Position numbers and translations under genes: made by a program. The notes under the pieces are model-generated. The model worked only from the letters and a program-made list of their open reading frames with translations. It searched no databases and was not told the origin of the DNA. 64,000 nucleotides of DNA from Takakia lepidozioides (lineage: Eukaryota > Plantae > Bryophyta), in assembly GCA_030704615.1 (NCBI GenBank), contig CM060733.1, positions 49,104,001 to 49,168,000 on the forward strand, in the 5' to 3' direction. Numbering within the stretch: position 1 is the stretch's first letter; every line of letters starts with the position of its first letter. Shown in pieces: positions 11,923-22,890 of the stretch.

Positions 11923-12313
11923 ACATATACGAGCCATGCCCGCTTCCCATGTTGGTTTCCAGGTTACCGTGTGAAGACTTTGCATTTAGGACAAACACAT
12001 ACATTTCGTTCACGGAACCAGGGCAAATGCACATGCCATTCATTGTAAGCGTCTATCTGTGAATTGAAATAAAGTGTGTCAATCATTCTGAGCTCAAATC
12101 TGCCATATTTTCATATTGCTCTTTTTGTGCAGGCATTGCAGACATGGTGCATGGTGACCCCCTTTGTTTTGTCCACGGTAATAGGCCCTCTTCCTGCAAT
12201 CCTCGCCTATAGGACCTGCTTCTCCAGCAGATTTGTGCCGCTCACGCTTTGCAGCTACAACGTGAGCTCAGCTCCCAGGCTCACGGGGCTGGGCTCACGC
12301 CGTAGCTACGCTG

Positions 12314-13670
12314 GCTTAGGAGCACCCCACAACTCACAATAATTATGCAAGACACAACAAGCAACTGCAATTATGGGAGGTCTATCAACTCTGGAATCAA
12401 AATGTTTCAGAATACGCCATCTATTTTTTAGAGATCCAAAAGCATTTATATTGTCACCCTCCCTGAGTTCATGCTGGAATCAAATCTCATCTTCTCTATA
12501 GCAGCTGGATTGTGGGTTTTCCAATTCTTCTGCAAGTAGGTGTGGATATTTGAAGCTGCATTCCAATCAAATACGGAGTGCATCTCATGCCTCCAACCGT
12601 GACCACTAGCTCTTGAAGAATCTCACCAACCCTCAATTGTCTATACAGACTCGACATCTTGAACTGTCCTCCATCATGAACCCCTCCTGGTTCTTCCGCA
12701 CATACATTCCAAAATCTCTTGTCTGCACAACAAACAGCTTATAGCACAATATTGTGGAATTTTTTTTCTATTGTAAAACTCACTAACTACAAGCGTGACT
12801 CTTTTATTGGGAAGCTCAGCTAAAGGAATGTGACTACCATCAATTGCTCCACAAACATTAGGTAGCCGTGTGAGCTCCTGGAAATGGTTTATAATCTCTT
12901 TCAAACGGCCACCTGAAGGGATACTAATGTACTTGCTGAACAATTTATTTCTATCAGTTAGAGTATCACAACAATAGCAACATACTTTTGTATGGTTGAT
13001 GCACCCACATTGAAACAATCAGCCATATGTGTAGCATTATATCCATGAGCAAATCTGTATAGAACAATGACCACAATTTTTCTGATCTCTAATTGTGGCC
13101 TCACAGGATTAAGACATCGAGATTGCAAGAAATGTGTTAATTCTAAAGCTAAGTTGTTGAAAGCTTCAAAACTCATTTTGTAAAACATTAAAAATTTCTT
13201 GTCTATACATTTCAGGTGTAGTATGCCACACATCTCTTTGTACATGATCCCAATGCGTGTATTGTCTAGGTTCTTTCACAAGCAAGGTGGATGTCTCTTC
13301 CTCTTTGAAATGACACAGAAAATTAGAATGAAACTAAACCCTATTGAAGCACGCAAGTGCCTCACTGTGGACTTGAACATTGCACAGTTTTTTCAGGTAA
13401 CAGAAAGAAGCATCCAAATGAACAAAATCCTTCCCATGACAGCTCGGTCCATTTTACTATGGCTGGTTTTGATAAATAGCACCTGAGCGTGTAATAGCAA
13501 GCACCGAACTTTTGTAAAAACCAACACAAAAAAAAACAAGGCGGGGGGGCCAACAACCGTTCGCTGCAGGTGCCGAGTACGGCCTTTCGCTTCGCTCCCT
13601 AGAGGTGGGGGCCCGCCGCTGGCGAATTTGCCAAGCAAACGGGAATGAGCAAAGTGCATGTGTGGGGGCC
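12314..13670 (-). mobile_element. PIF/Harbinger transposon remnant (DDE_Tnp_4-like transposase pseudogene)
   Basis: FYKMSFEAFNNL..IVLYRFAHG..FNVGASTI; LPNVCGAIDGSHIPL..FYNRKK; GGVHDG; LKNRWRILK; IAVACCVLHNYCE. Probable terminus GGCCCCCACACATG near 13670. Confidence 0.85.
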
Positions 13671-13679
13671 TATTAACCA

Positions 13680-13869
13680 CATCAGCTCCTTGAAGATGTG
13701 GAAAGCAAGGGATTTGAGTTAAAGGGTGATGATGCCACCATGCCAGCTCTTATGTTTGCAGATGACATCGTGGGCCTGGGGATACCCCATCCAATCTTCA
13801 GGACTTGATGTGTGAAGATGTACCTTGACCTATGGAGGCTACAAGCTAATGCTAGGCAACCCCCAATGC
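13680..13869 (+). mobile_element. LINE reverse-transcriptase fragment (left half, split by element A)
   Basis: MPALMFADDIVGL (RT YADD motif) ... LWRLQANAR; continues at 21549. Confidence 0.8.
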
Positions 13870-14540
13870 GAGGTTTACTATTTCATGAGCGCATGAGCCC
13901 ATGAGCCTATGAGCCTATGAGCTCATGAGCGGGCATCCGCGGAATTGGAATTTTCCTGCCTTTATTGACGGTGTTATGTCCTCTTACCTCGGTAATAGGG
14001 TCTGTTTCTCCTGGTCCAGGATGCGGAATGAGGTATTTCGGCGCCGTTATTCCCAAGAGCAGTGTGCTAAAATGGTGTTTTGAAGACATCCACCCGGGTA
14101 TTTCGGCACCGAAATTACCTCTTAAAATGTGATATAGTGCGGTATTTAATGGCGCAGAACGGGCTATTTCGGCGCCGAAATACCCAAGTGGAATGTGCTG
14201 AAGTGCTTTGTGCCGAAGGCTTCCATCGCGATATTTTGGTGCAGTAATTCATCCGTGGAATTTTTGAGGCCCATATAACGAAGGCGCGCACTGGGCTATT
14301 TCGGCGCCAAATTTCCCAATAGGAATATTAGAAATGGCAGGGTTTTCATTGTTCCCGGCTCGATACTTGTAGGGTTCTTCACTGAAGTTTGCGTCTCTTC
14401 TGCTTTTATTATACATTTTGGTTGGCGGAAGAAATGTAGGGAATCGGACAAGCAGTCTGAACATAATGATTTTTCAAATCGTCAATATTTTCATTAAGTG
14501 TTTCAGAACTGTACAACAAAAGGATCCAAATGAGACTTTG

Positions 14541-16380
14541 CTATGGTGAGGATCCGCTATCACTGTCCGATGCATCCCCGGCCTCATGCAAGGATGGCTG
14601 CCTTCCGCCTGCCTCCGAACCTGCACTGCCGCTACCGTTGTTACTCTGAGAAGCCCTCCCCTCAAAAATACCATCCTCACCAGCCGGAACTGTCCACCTG
14701 GGTGCGGAAGTGTCCTCAACATTCCCCTCGCTCTCGGACGCGGATTCTATTACGAACTTCCCTACTCTGCCTTTCACAATTCTATGTTTGGCCTCACGCC
14801 TCATTATAATTCTCTGCTCATTCCCGTATGTCAATTGCTCTAACCGAGTAGGCCTATCCTCCCTCCTGATGGCTTCTCTGGCAGCCGTGTCTGCATAGGC
14901 TGGTAGAAAAAAGGGCTTCTGGGGACTCGCGAGAAACTCGTATGCATTCCCATACCCAGCAGATACAGTCAGGCCACGGATCCTTGCAACAAATAACATT
15001 AAATTGATACTGACATTTGAAATGAACCTCACCAAATAGAGGATCTCCACCATGGCGTCCAGTGTTGGTCGGTACCAGGTGCGATCTGCTTTCGCTAGCG
15101 ACTTCCTGTACAGCTCGGGATCGAGGGGCTTTTGGAAGTCCGTCAGCGGAGCTGTCCCCACTTCTTGCACTCTGTAGAGCGTATGTGCCAGATGAGTTTC
15201 CACGAAGGCCCTCTTTGTTACCCTGCCATGGAGAAAAAAAACAACATGAAAATATGATTTCGGCACAGCAATCCAATTTCCAGTTCATAGAGTGCATGAC
15301 AGTGGTGAACATTGCCTATTTTGGCGCCGCAATAGGCAGTACACAAGGATATAATTGTATACTTACATATTTATATCCACCATGGCACCCTTCAGCAGTC
15401 CTCTGTCCCTGACGTCCACCTTCACGACAATGCAATCCACCATGTAATGCCAACTGATATCTTGCGGATGCATTTCAGCAATGTACTCTGTCCAGGCAAG
15501 CATCATGTGGTTCCCGTCCCAAACGAAGAACATCTTCCCTTCCATGTGTGCGAATGTGGGATTAGTCTTCAGATAGGCTTCAAACTCGGCATTAACAATG
15601 TGCCAGTGGGGGCCCCAATTCTGAAGCTCCTCTGCAGTGGGGCCCCTTGTGACACCCTGGTCATTCTCAATGGAAACGTAGAATGCTGCCGACCCCCGTC
15701 TGTACCCTTCTCTGAAGTTGTGCTTCAGTCGATCAATATCCCCTGGCAGTGCTTCCCTTACAACTGGAAGGCTTACCATGCGACACAAAGGAACTTTGAG
15801 GTTCTCCGGATACACCATGGAGCCCAAAACGCGGCCTATGTTGCTATGAGTCTCTGCTAGCAACCTGTTTGCTGCTATGTTCATGTCTCGTGCGCTCATG
15901 AGCATACCCGCCACCAGTTTCTTACTTCTATCACCTCTGTCACTTCCCTCACCCCTCTCACCAGCCTGTCTATTGTCCTGGAGGTTTTGCTCCTCCGCAA
16001 GCTCCAGCAGGTTCTGATCGTCGCCAAGTCGTACCACGTTGTCGTCCGCTCCTTCTGTCAGCTGAATGGGCCGCCCTTCTGCAGATCCGACTCCCACATC
16101 TCCAGCGTCCTCCACCACATCCGTGTTTTCTGAAATTGACTGCAAACCCAATATCTCCGCTTCCAGTCTCCCTAGGGGTTTTACTGGCGAAGCCATGGGC
16201 TCCTTCTGCTTCCTCGGCTTCCGAACTCTAGGTGGGCTTTTCTGAGGCGATATCTGAGGTGTTGAATGAGGACTCGCCTGCCTCGATGCACTTCCACCTT
16301 GCAAGCGCAGCACCCGGGTAGGAGTATCCAAAGTTGACTGTGTTGCCTCGCCCCCCTGCGATCCCTCCCCAGCTCCCATG
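14541..16380 (-). CDS. ParB/Srx-like domain protein of element A (multi-exon; no methyltransferase domain seen)
   Basis: Open frame 15363-16412 (ATG at 16380): LKVPLCRMVSLPVVREAL...AAFYVS...MFFVWDGNHMMLAW...VDCIVV. Downstream exons lie in frame 14541-15266. Paralogous to 4942-5538. Confidence 0.65.
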
Positions 16381-17045
16381 TCAAACAAACAGGAAAACAT
16401 GAGACACTGCACGCAAAAAAAAAGGTGTAAAAAGAATATTGTGTATGGAGTGCTTCACATCCGCGATGCACGAATTTCTCACTGGTGGGCGATCCGAGTC
16501 TCCGGATAACGAGGTCTGCATTTCATGCACGAGACGGAGCTTAAGTCGTGTCGTCGGCGGCTTCCCAAAATCCCGCGTCCTCCTTCTCTTTGCCGGAGTC
16601 GCCTGACCTTCCACAAACTCTATGCTACCACTATGCCGCATAAGGAGAGGAAACGCAGGAGAATGTCACTGCAGAAGGGCAAGGAGCGAGAGAGCGAAGC
16701 GGTGGAACATGCAACCACTATGCACGAGCAGATGCGTAAGCAGCCACGTCTCCCGAAGCGTTGCCACCGTCCGCCACTTTCTGCCGTATGGGTGATGAAG
16801 AGATTGTGACCCCTGACACGTTTGCACGGATGAAGTCGACTGGAACACGACGCGTGCCAGTTCCAGCCACCAGTACAAGACGGTTTATCTGAATTGCGGC
16901 ACCGAAATACCTTCCGTTCACCGGATGTTGTTCCCGGAGCAGCCTGCATTGAATGAAATATCCGCACATCATGAAACCCAACCGCCATGAAAATCCCCTG
17001 CCTATGACATTCAACAGTCAGGTCGGTACGTTTCATCAGCGGACG

Positions 17046-18500
17046 GATGAATTTCGGCGCCGAAATTCATCCTATTCAAGTGCTTTAATACACAAACTTA
17101 CGAATTTCGGCGACGCAATTCATCGCTTCCCAAGTCCTCATCCGTCATGAGCAAACCTGTCAGTGGGATAATTCCGGGACAGTGGAAACAGCTGCACTTG
17201 GGCACATTTCATCCATATTTCAGCGCCGAAATTCATCCAGAGCGAAGACTAAATCGGCACCATGCTAAGCTTTGCCGCCATCATTGCCCCTGACGGATGC
17301 TGTCCATGCCTGTTGGACTTGCCATTTCTGGACATTTAACTATAATTTTGGCGCCGAAATTATACTTTATGTGCGACAACGTCCCGTGCGAAAAAGACCA
17401 CTTAATGGATACTATCGATTTCAAATGAAAAAAACGGCTAGAATGCAATTAATTTTGACAGAAGGGGTTCAATATGCCGATTTCTCCATTAAATGCAGAA
17501 TATTCCTGTTATCTTCGTCGGAACGGGGTATTTCCAACGATTTACGGAAAATTATATCATCCAGAAGCAAAAAGTAAGTGTCGGGTTTGGACGAATTTCG
17601 GCGCCAAAATTCATCCGTCGCATACAAAATGTAATATTAGAGTTACTCATTGCGGACGGTAAGGATGAATTTCGACGCCGAAATTCATCCATTTCAAAGA
17701 AAAATAAATATTGGAGGGAGGGCATTGGATGAATTTCGGCGCCGAAATCCGGCGCTCAAACCCTGAAAAGAATTTGGAGGGATGAAGTCGGTTGAATTTC
17801 GGCGCCGGAATTCATTGCTCGCGAAGATTTTTATTTTTTTTCGGGAGGACTTCGGATGAATTTCGGCGCCGAAATTCATTGCTCGCGAAGGAATTTTTTT
17901 TTTTGGGGGAGGACTTCGGATGAATTTTGGCGCCGAAATTCATTGCTCGCGAAGAAAAAGGAAAATTAGAAGGGAGTACTTGGATGAGATTCGGCGCCGA
18001 AGTTCATCTGTCGCAAAGAAAATAAAAATAAAAAATGACTTCAGATGAATTTCGGCACCGAAATCCATCCGCAGGGCAGCAGAATTAGGGTCGGAAAATG
18101 AGATGAAGAATGAATTTCGGCGCCGAAATACATCCATTCAGCCGATTCAGGATTACTATCATTCGGATGTCGGCACCGATATCCGGACACGTGGTGAATC
18201 ACAACTGTAATCAGGAACACATTCATCCGTATTTTGGCATCCAAATTCAACCCTTATGTGCAGAAACAATTTGATGAAGAAGATGTTCATCCGAATTTCG
18301 GCACCGAAATCCATCCGTTGGGTGCTTGGTCAGTTTTATGAGGTGAACAAATTACGATTTCTGTCGCCGGAATTCATCCACTGGCTTCCAAAGCTGTTAC
18401 ATGACAGAGATGTTCATCCAGATTTCGGTGCCGAAATTCATGGGAAGGCCTGATTTATTGTAGCCCAAGTGGTTGTACATTACAATTCAGGCACCAAATA
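17046..18500. repeat. Array of palindrome GATGAATTTCGGCGCCGAAATTCATC (core ATTTCGGCGCCGAAAT), ~63-bp period from ~17590
   Basis: Copies near 17046, 17102, 17216, 17345, 17592, 17664, 17728, 17793, 17855, 17918, 17985, 18044, 18110, 18292, 18357, 18421. More are dispersed at 14036-14315, 19101, 19236 and 20300-21285. Confidence 0.93.
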
Positions 18501-18567
18501 TCCGATGTGAACTTCCTGTTGTCATCCATTTTTGTAACGTACGAGAAGCTCTTCGCCCCGCATACCG

Positions 18568-18987
18568 GTGGGTGACCCCGCAGCTTGGCCCACCCATCGG
18601 TGGGGGAAATTGAAAAGACGGCGGCCACCAACAAAGGCGAACGACACCAGGATGACCAACGCTCTTGCAATGCCCTGCATAGTGCAAGGTTGCAGGGATG
18701 TTCCTCACCCCGTGATGGGGCGCATATTTCAGTTATCAACAGTCGGGTCTGTTGCGCGCAGTGTCGTGTATGCAATCACGGTTTCACAGTACCCAGCTTG
18801 CAACTGTAAGGACTTCCTTGTTATGGAATCGAAGAATGCAGCATACGTCCCCTGCAAACACCTTTATTACATTTTTCTGAAGCGCATGAGTTGCATATCC
18901 GCAGTGGACGTCTTCATCCATGCTCCAACACTGAGTTTCAACGAGCTGCACAAGGCCCTACGGCAGGATACTGGTCGAACTGCTTGA
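18568..18987 (+). CDS. SWIM zinc-finger ORF homologous to the C-terminus of the element B transposase (true start/splicing unknown)
   Basis: YAITVSQYPACNCKDF...YVPCKHLYYIFL...FIHAPTLSFNEL versus YQVTVGNFPTCTCPDF...WVPCKHQYYIYL...FIHQATLGYGEV. Confidence 0.7.
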   Translation: MGDPAAWPTHRWGKLKRRRPPTKANDTRMTNALAMPCIVQGCRDVPHPVMGRIFQLSTVGSVARSVVYAITVSQYPACNCKDFLVMESKNAAYVPCKHLYYIFLKRMSCISAVDVFIHAPTLSFNELHKALRQDTGRTA

Positions 18988-19669
18988 CATTCCACATTCG
19001 GGAAGGAGAAAGTGGCAATTATATTACATTCATCTTCTTACACCCTATTTTTTTGTGAGGAATTATACACTTGGTGGTGCCGCATCGCCATGGCTACAGG
19101 TGAATTTCGGTGCCGCAATACATGAGAATGTGGTTTTTGGCCATGAATGGCATGCGCATGCTTTTTTATTTTGGTTGTCTACAAATGGATCCGAGTAAAG
19201 CATACATTGTGTGGAGATTAACGGGCATTGAGGCCTATTTCAGCGCCGTTTATGGTCTGTGTACTGCATAGTGCTTCCTTGTTACTGCTCTTCATTCAAA
19301 TTGTAGTGATTTCGCAGCCCATCCTGGCGTTTTCGTCCACCTTTATGAGAAGACTCCAATTTGCTACAAATACATTGTTACTGTTCTGCAAATGTGATGC
19401 CTTTACAAGATTGCTAGTTCTGTGTCCCAGTGGGAAGGGTCCTACTGCACATTCCAGCATTTGCATACTGCACCTTGTGCAAACAGCAATCCATACGACA
19501 AAGGACACGTCTCAGCATACTGGCAGTGAATTGCAAAAAACCTTAATAGAAGATTATCCAAGCATGTATATTCCCCATATGGCACAGGGAAGCTGCTTGA
19601 TTTCTGAATGAAAATGTATGTGCCATGAGTGTCGGCGAGTCGAAACATGTCTACTCTAGCATGCAAGAC

Positions 19670-20173
19670 CTATGGTCCCCTCGCCCAAGAAGAAGGAACT
19701 ATAACTGGCCTCTCAAGGACCTCCTGAGTGACCGGGTGCCTATATTTGAACAAAATGTCAGTGGTTTCTGTCGCCCAGTTGAAACTAACGAGGATGTCGT
19801 GTTTATCGATAGCGCCCCCTTGGTAGAAGGACATTTTCACAGTGGGCCCTGTGTTCCCCTCCTCCTCATCCTCATAACTGAAGAGAATGTCCCCACTTTC
19901 CGAGCCAGTCAGTCCACGCGTAAAGTTTTCACCTATGCACTCATTATACGTCCACTCGCAACAATTCCAGCGATACAGCAACGTTGTGCGTGATCTGTTC
20001 GGCTCCCACTCATGCGGAAAGTCCAGGTCCATGATGCGTAGGAACCACCTGCTCCCCAGCCGGGGTCCAGGAGAATCGTGCAATCCTGGAAGAAACTCCA
20101 TTGCTCTCAGCTGGACAAGTCGAGGATCGTCCCTGTAAACATCCAGGAAGACAATGATGTCGTCTGCTTTCAC
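19670..20173 (-). CDS. Hypothetical cargo ORF/exon inside element A
   Basis: 167 open codons with globular-protein-like composition; no recognised motif. Confidence 0.35.
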   Translation of the reverse strand: MKADDIIVFLDVYRDDPRLVQLRAMEFLPGLHDSPGPRLGSRWFLRIMDLDFPHEWEPNRSRTTLLYRWNCCEWTYNECIGENFTRGLTGSESGDILFSYEDEEEGNTGPTVKMSFYQGGAIDKHDILVSFNWATETTDILFKYRHPVTQEVLERPVIVPSSWARGP

Positions 20174-20480
20174 GATATGGCCTCACGACACAGCACGAAC
20201 TCAAAGCAGGGAGGAGATGGGCACAACAGAGAAGAGTGAAGAGCAAAATGAGAGCAAGGCCTCCCTCACCGTAAGGCGGGTATTTGCTCTCCGGAGCCCA
20301 ATTTCGGCGCCGTTATTGGATGGAGTGCGGAAGCTTCAGCCGAGAATTTTGTTTCCGCAGGTCAATTTCGGCGCCATTATTGGTTGCAATCCCCAGCCTT
20401 CAGCCGGGTTGTCGTGCGCATACATATCGCTACACAACTACATCGCTGTCCAAAACCACACAACACATGTGCACACCACA

Positions 20481-20592
20481 CACTAGTATACCACTAGTCC
20501 ACCACTAGTCCAGCCACTAGTCCAACCACTAGGCTACAACTAGTCAGTCACTAGGCTGCCACTATGCTGCCCACTATGGCAGTCACTAGTCC
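20481..20592. repeat. CCACTAG(T) minisatellite, ~10-11-bp period
   Basis: About eleven CACTA(G/T)-like units in succession. Confidence 0.75.
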
Positions 20593-21548
20593 ACACAATA
20601 GATAAAGAAGAAGAATACAAGCACAAGCTCATGTGAGCTCACAAAGCTGAAGCATAAACTCATGAATATATAACCTCATCACTCAAATACAAGTCAAGGC
20701 AAGTGCACCCCACGCCATGGGGAATCCACACTACGGCGCCATAGCTAGGCGCGGTGAGGCTCAACTCGAGAAAGATGAGCCTCCCGCGCTTGCCGTGAAG
20801 ATAACCACTCCAGGGCCTAAATCTGCCTGGACCCCTGGATTGACACTTGGGCCAATCCCAAATGTCAATATGTAAAAGCTAGCTGTTTCCTAGCTAGTTT
20901 CACACTAGTGGTAAAATAACTTGACAGGGTATTTGGTTTCCGGACCCAATTTCGGCCCCGTTATCGGTTGCACTCCGGTGGCTTCAGCCGAGTATTTGGT
21001 TTCCGGGGCCCATTTCGGCGCCGTTATCGCCTGCACTCCGGAGGATGCAGCCAGGTATTTGGTTGGCGGAGCCCAATTACTTTCACCGTTGTTGGCTTCA
21101 CTCCCGAGCCTTCAGCCGGCTATTTCTTTTCCTGTGCCCAATTACGGCGGCGTTATACCCAACCATCCTGCACTTCTGCAACAGTACTATCCACGGTTAT
21201 AGGTCGCCATTGCGTTTTCGGAGTCTGCAAACCCGGATCCTAATTCCGCTTGCGTCTCTGCCTCTGGGATAATTTCGGTGTCGTTATTGCCCAGAATTCA
21301 GTTTTTCTATGACCTGGCCTGGCGGTCCATGAGCCTGGGCTCCAAGTCATGAGCGTACACTGGTACTCATGAGCGGAGTGCTTCCAGCATGAGCGCGGAA
21401 ATCTTCGATTTTCGATTATTTTATAGTTTTGGGCCCGAAAAAAATCTGCCGAAATTCGAAGTGTGTTACTTTGCGGCTCATGGGTGAGCCATGCCCGCTC
21501 ATGAGCTCATGAGCTCACCGCTCATGAGCTCATGGAATAGCAACCCCC

Positions 21549-22890
21549 AATGCACATTGGTGACCTTCAATGATCACGGGGAGGGAGGAGGGGATCTCAA
21601 ATGGGCATGCTGCAGTGAAGAAATCCGTGTGCTCCCTTCCTACACGTATTGTGGTGTTGAGTTTTCCTTCAGTTGTTACTCGGTTGCAGTATACACAAAA
21701 TGTGGTTCAAACAGCTAAACGCAAAGCTTTGGATCTCACTCAATTTTTCCATTGTAGAGGGATTAATACTGAAGAAGGACCATGCTTTGCAGCGTTAGTA
21801 GGCCCACCTTGGAATACACATCGGCCTTGTGGATTGGCAACTCCAACCATGCTAAGACTTTAGAATCCATGCAGCTTTTGGTGCTCAAAGAGAGCATGTC
21901 AATGTCAGTCTCTAGAACAATTGATGTGGTTGTTCAGGGCATAGCACCCTTCAGCTCTTGACATGATAACTTCAAGGTAAGATGGTGTGGTTGGTTGAAT
22001 TGCATGCCTAACTAGATATCCTAAGATGATTGACTCTATTTCTTGGAAGCAAGACCATCTTGTTAAACTGGCTAAGTCCTGGCGGAAAAGGTAGAGGACA
22101 TTTTCAAATACCTAAATATTAGACAGGAAGAACTGACCCTGCTAAATATGATGGAGGCTGAAGTGTCTACTTGGCCATGTCACAAGAATGAAAATGGTCC
22201 CAACAAAATAAAGTTAGGCATAAAACCTTATTGAACTTGTTTCCAGTTTGTGATATGGGTGAGGACCTTAGGGATGATCTGAAGGGCCTACCTACCCTTG
22301 GCACTGAAATGAAATTAAAACAATGGGCCGGGAGTGAGTGTACCTTTGAACAACAAACAGATGCAGAGAGGAAAGGCAGATTGTCAATGCCCAACATGTG
22401 GGTGCCCTGAAGACAACATCTGTATATTATATATTTGACGCCTCCCAAAGCAAGCATAAATTATGGTGCAGTCTCTTCACCCCGAAGGGTTACTGCCTTC
22501 CACTAGGAAGGTGGACACCTTTGTGACACCAATCGGTGGATTGAACCCACAATCACTTCCGCGGTGGTATGTGCCCATCACCACTACACAACAATTTGGT
22601 TGTCGACAACATCCATTTTCTGGTACAATGTCTGGGATATTCTCATCAGTGACCCTCTTTAGGATCGCCATCAAGAACATAGTCCTCGCAACACCTCTGT
22701 TCACCAACTTTCAAACCCTCGAGGCTGAGCCTAAAGCCTTGGTGCTATTGGGGTCTAATTGTTGGGCAGCTCACACACAACATATTGATGCTTGTGTGAA
22801 GGGTTTTCTAGATGAAATCTGGAAAGCCCGAACCAGTTGTAATTTACTACACCAGGTAAGTCTCACTACTGGAGTGAGCCCCTCACAGTG
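21549..22890 (+). mobile_element. LINE remnant, right half (RT end to 3' end)
   Basis: CTLVTFND...LPSYTYCGVEFS continues the RT from 13869. The 3' segment PLFTNFQTLEAEPKALVLLGS..IDACVKGFLDEIWKAR is also present at ~40290-40430 (+) and in part at ~47150-47270 (-). Confidence 0.75.

Larger units (their letters stand above)
973..12313. mobile_element. Element B: ~11.3-kb decayed autonomous-type MULE with ParB-MTase cargo
   Basis: Left end GGCTACTTCGTGAGC (973-987) and right end GCTCACGCCGTAGC (12293-12306) are inverted (12/14). The right tip is placed at 12313 by analogy with the family's 21-bp termini. Contains a MULE transposase (+) and a divergent cargo gene (-), and abuts the end of a Harbinger ORF. 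Confidence 0.75.
13870..21548. mobile_element. Element A copy 2: complete 7.7-kb non-autonomous MULE-family element
   Basis: 21-bp imperfect TIRs GAGGTTTACTATTTCATGAGC / rc GGGGGTTGCTATTCCATGAGC (17/21), subterminal GCTCATG clusters at both ends, interrupts a LINE RT frame, and no DDE core is seen. Confidence 0.88.

Noticed and set aside
13639-13654. 16-bp match (ACGGGAATGAGCAAAG) to window positions 1-16
   Set aside because: Isolated match with no extension; treated as chance.
17590-18500. CRISPR-like array (~26-bp palindrome + ~37-bp spacers)
   Set aside because: The period is CRISPR-like, but repeats are degenerate, several spacers are near-duplicates, the motif is scattered throughout the element and there are no cas genes.
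20481-20916. Nested CACTA element (CACTAG motifs)
   Set aside because: No convincing TIR pair or 3-bp TSD; better described as a minisatellite.
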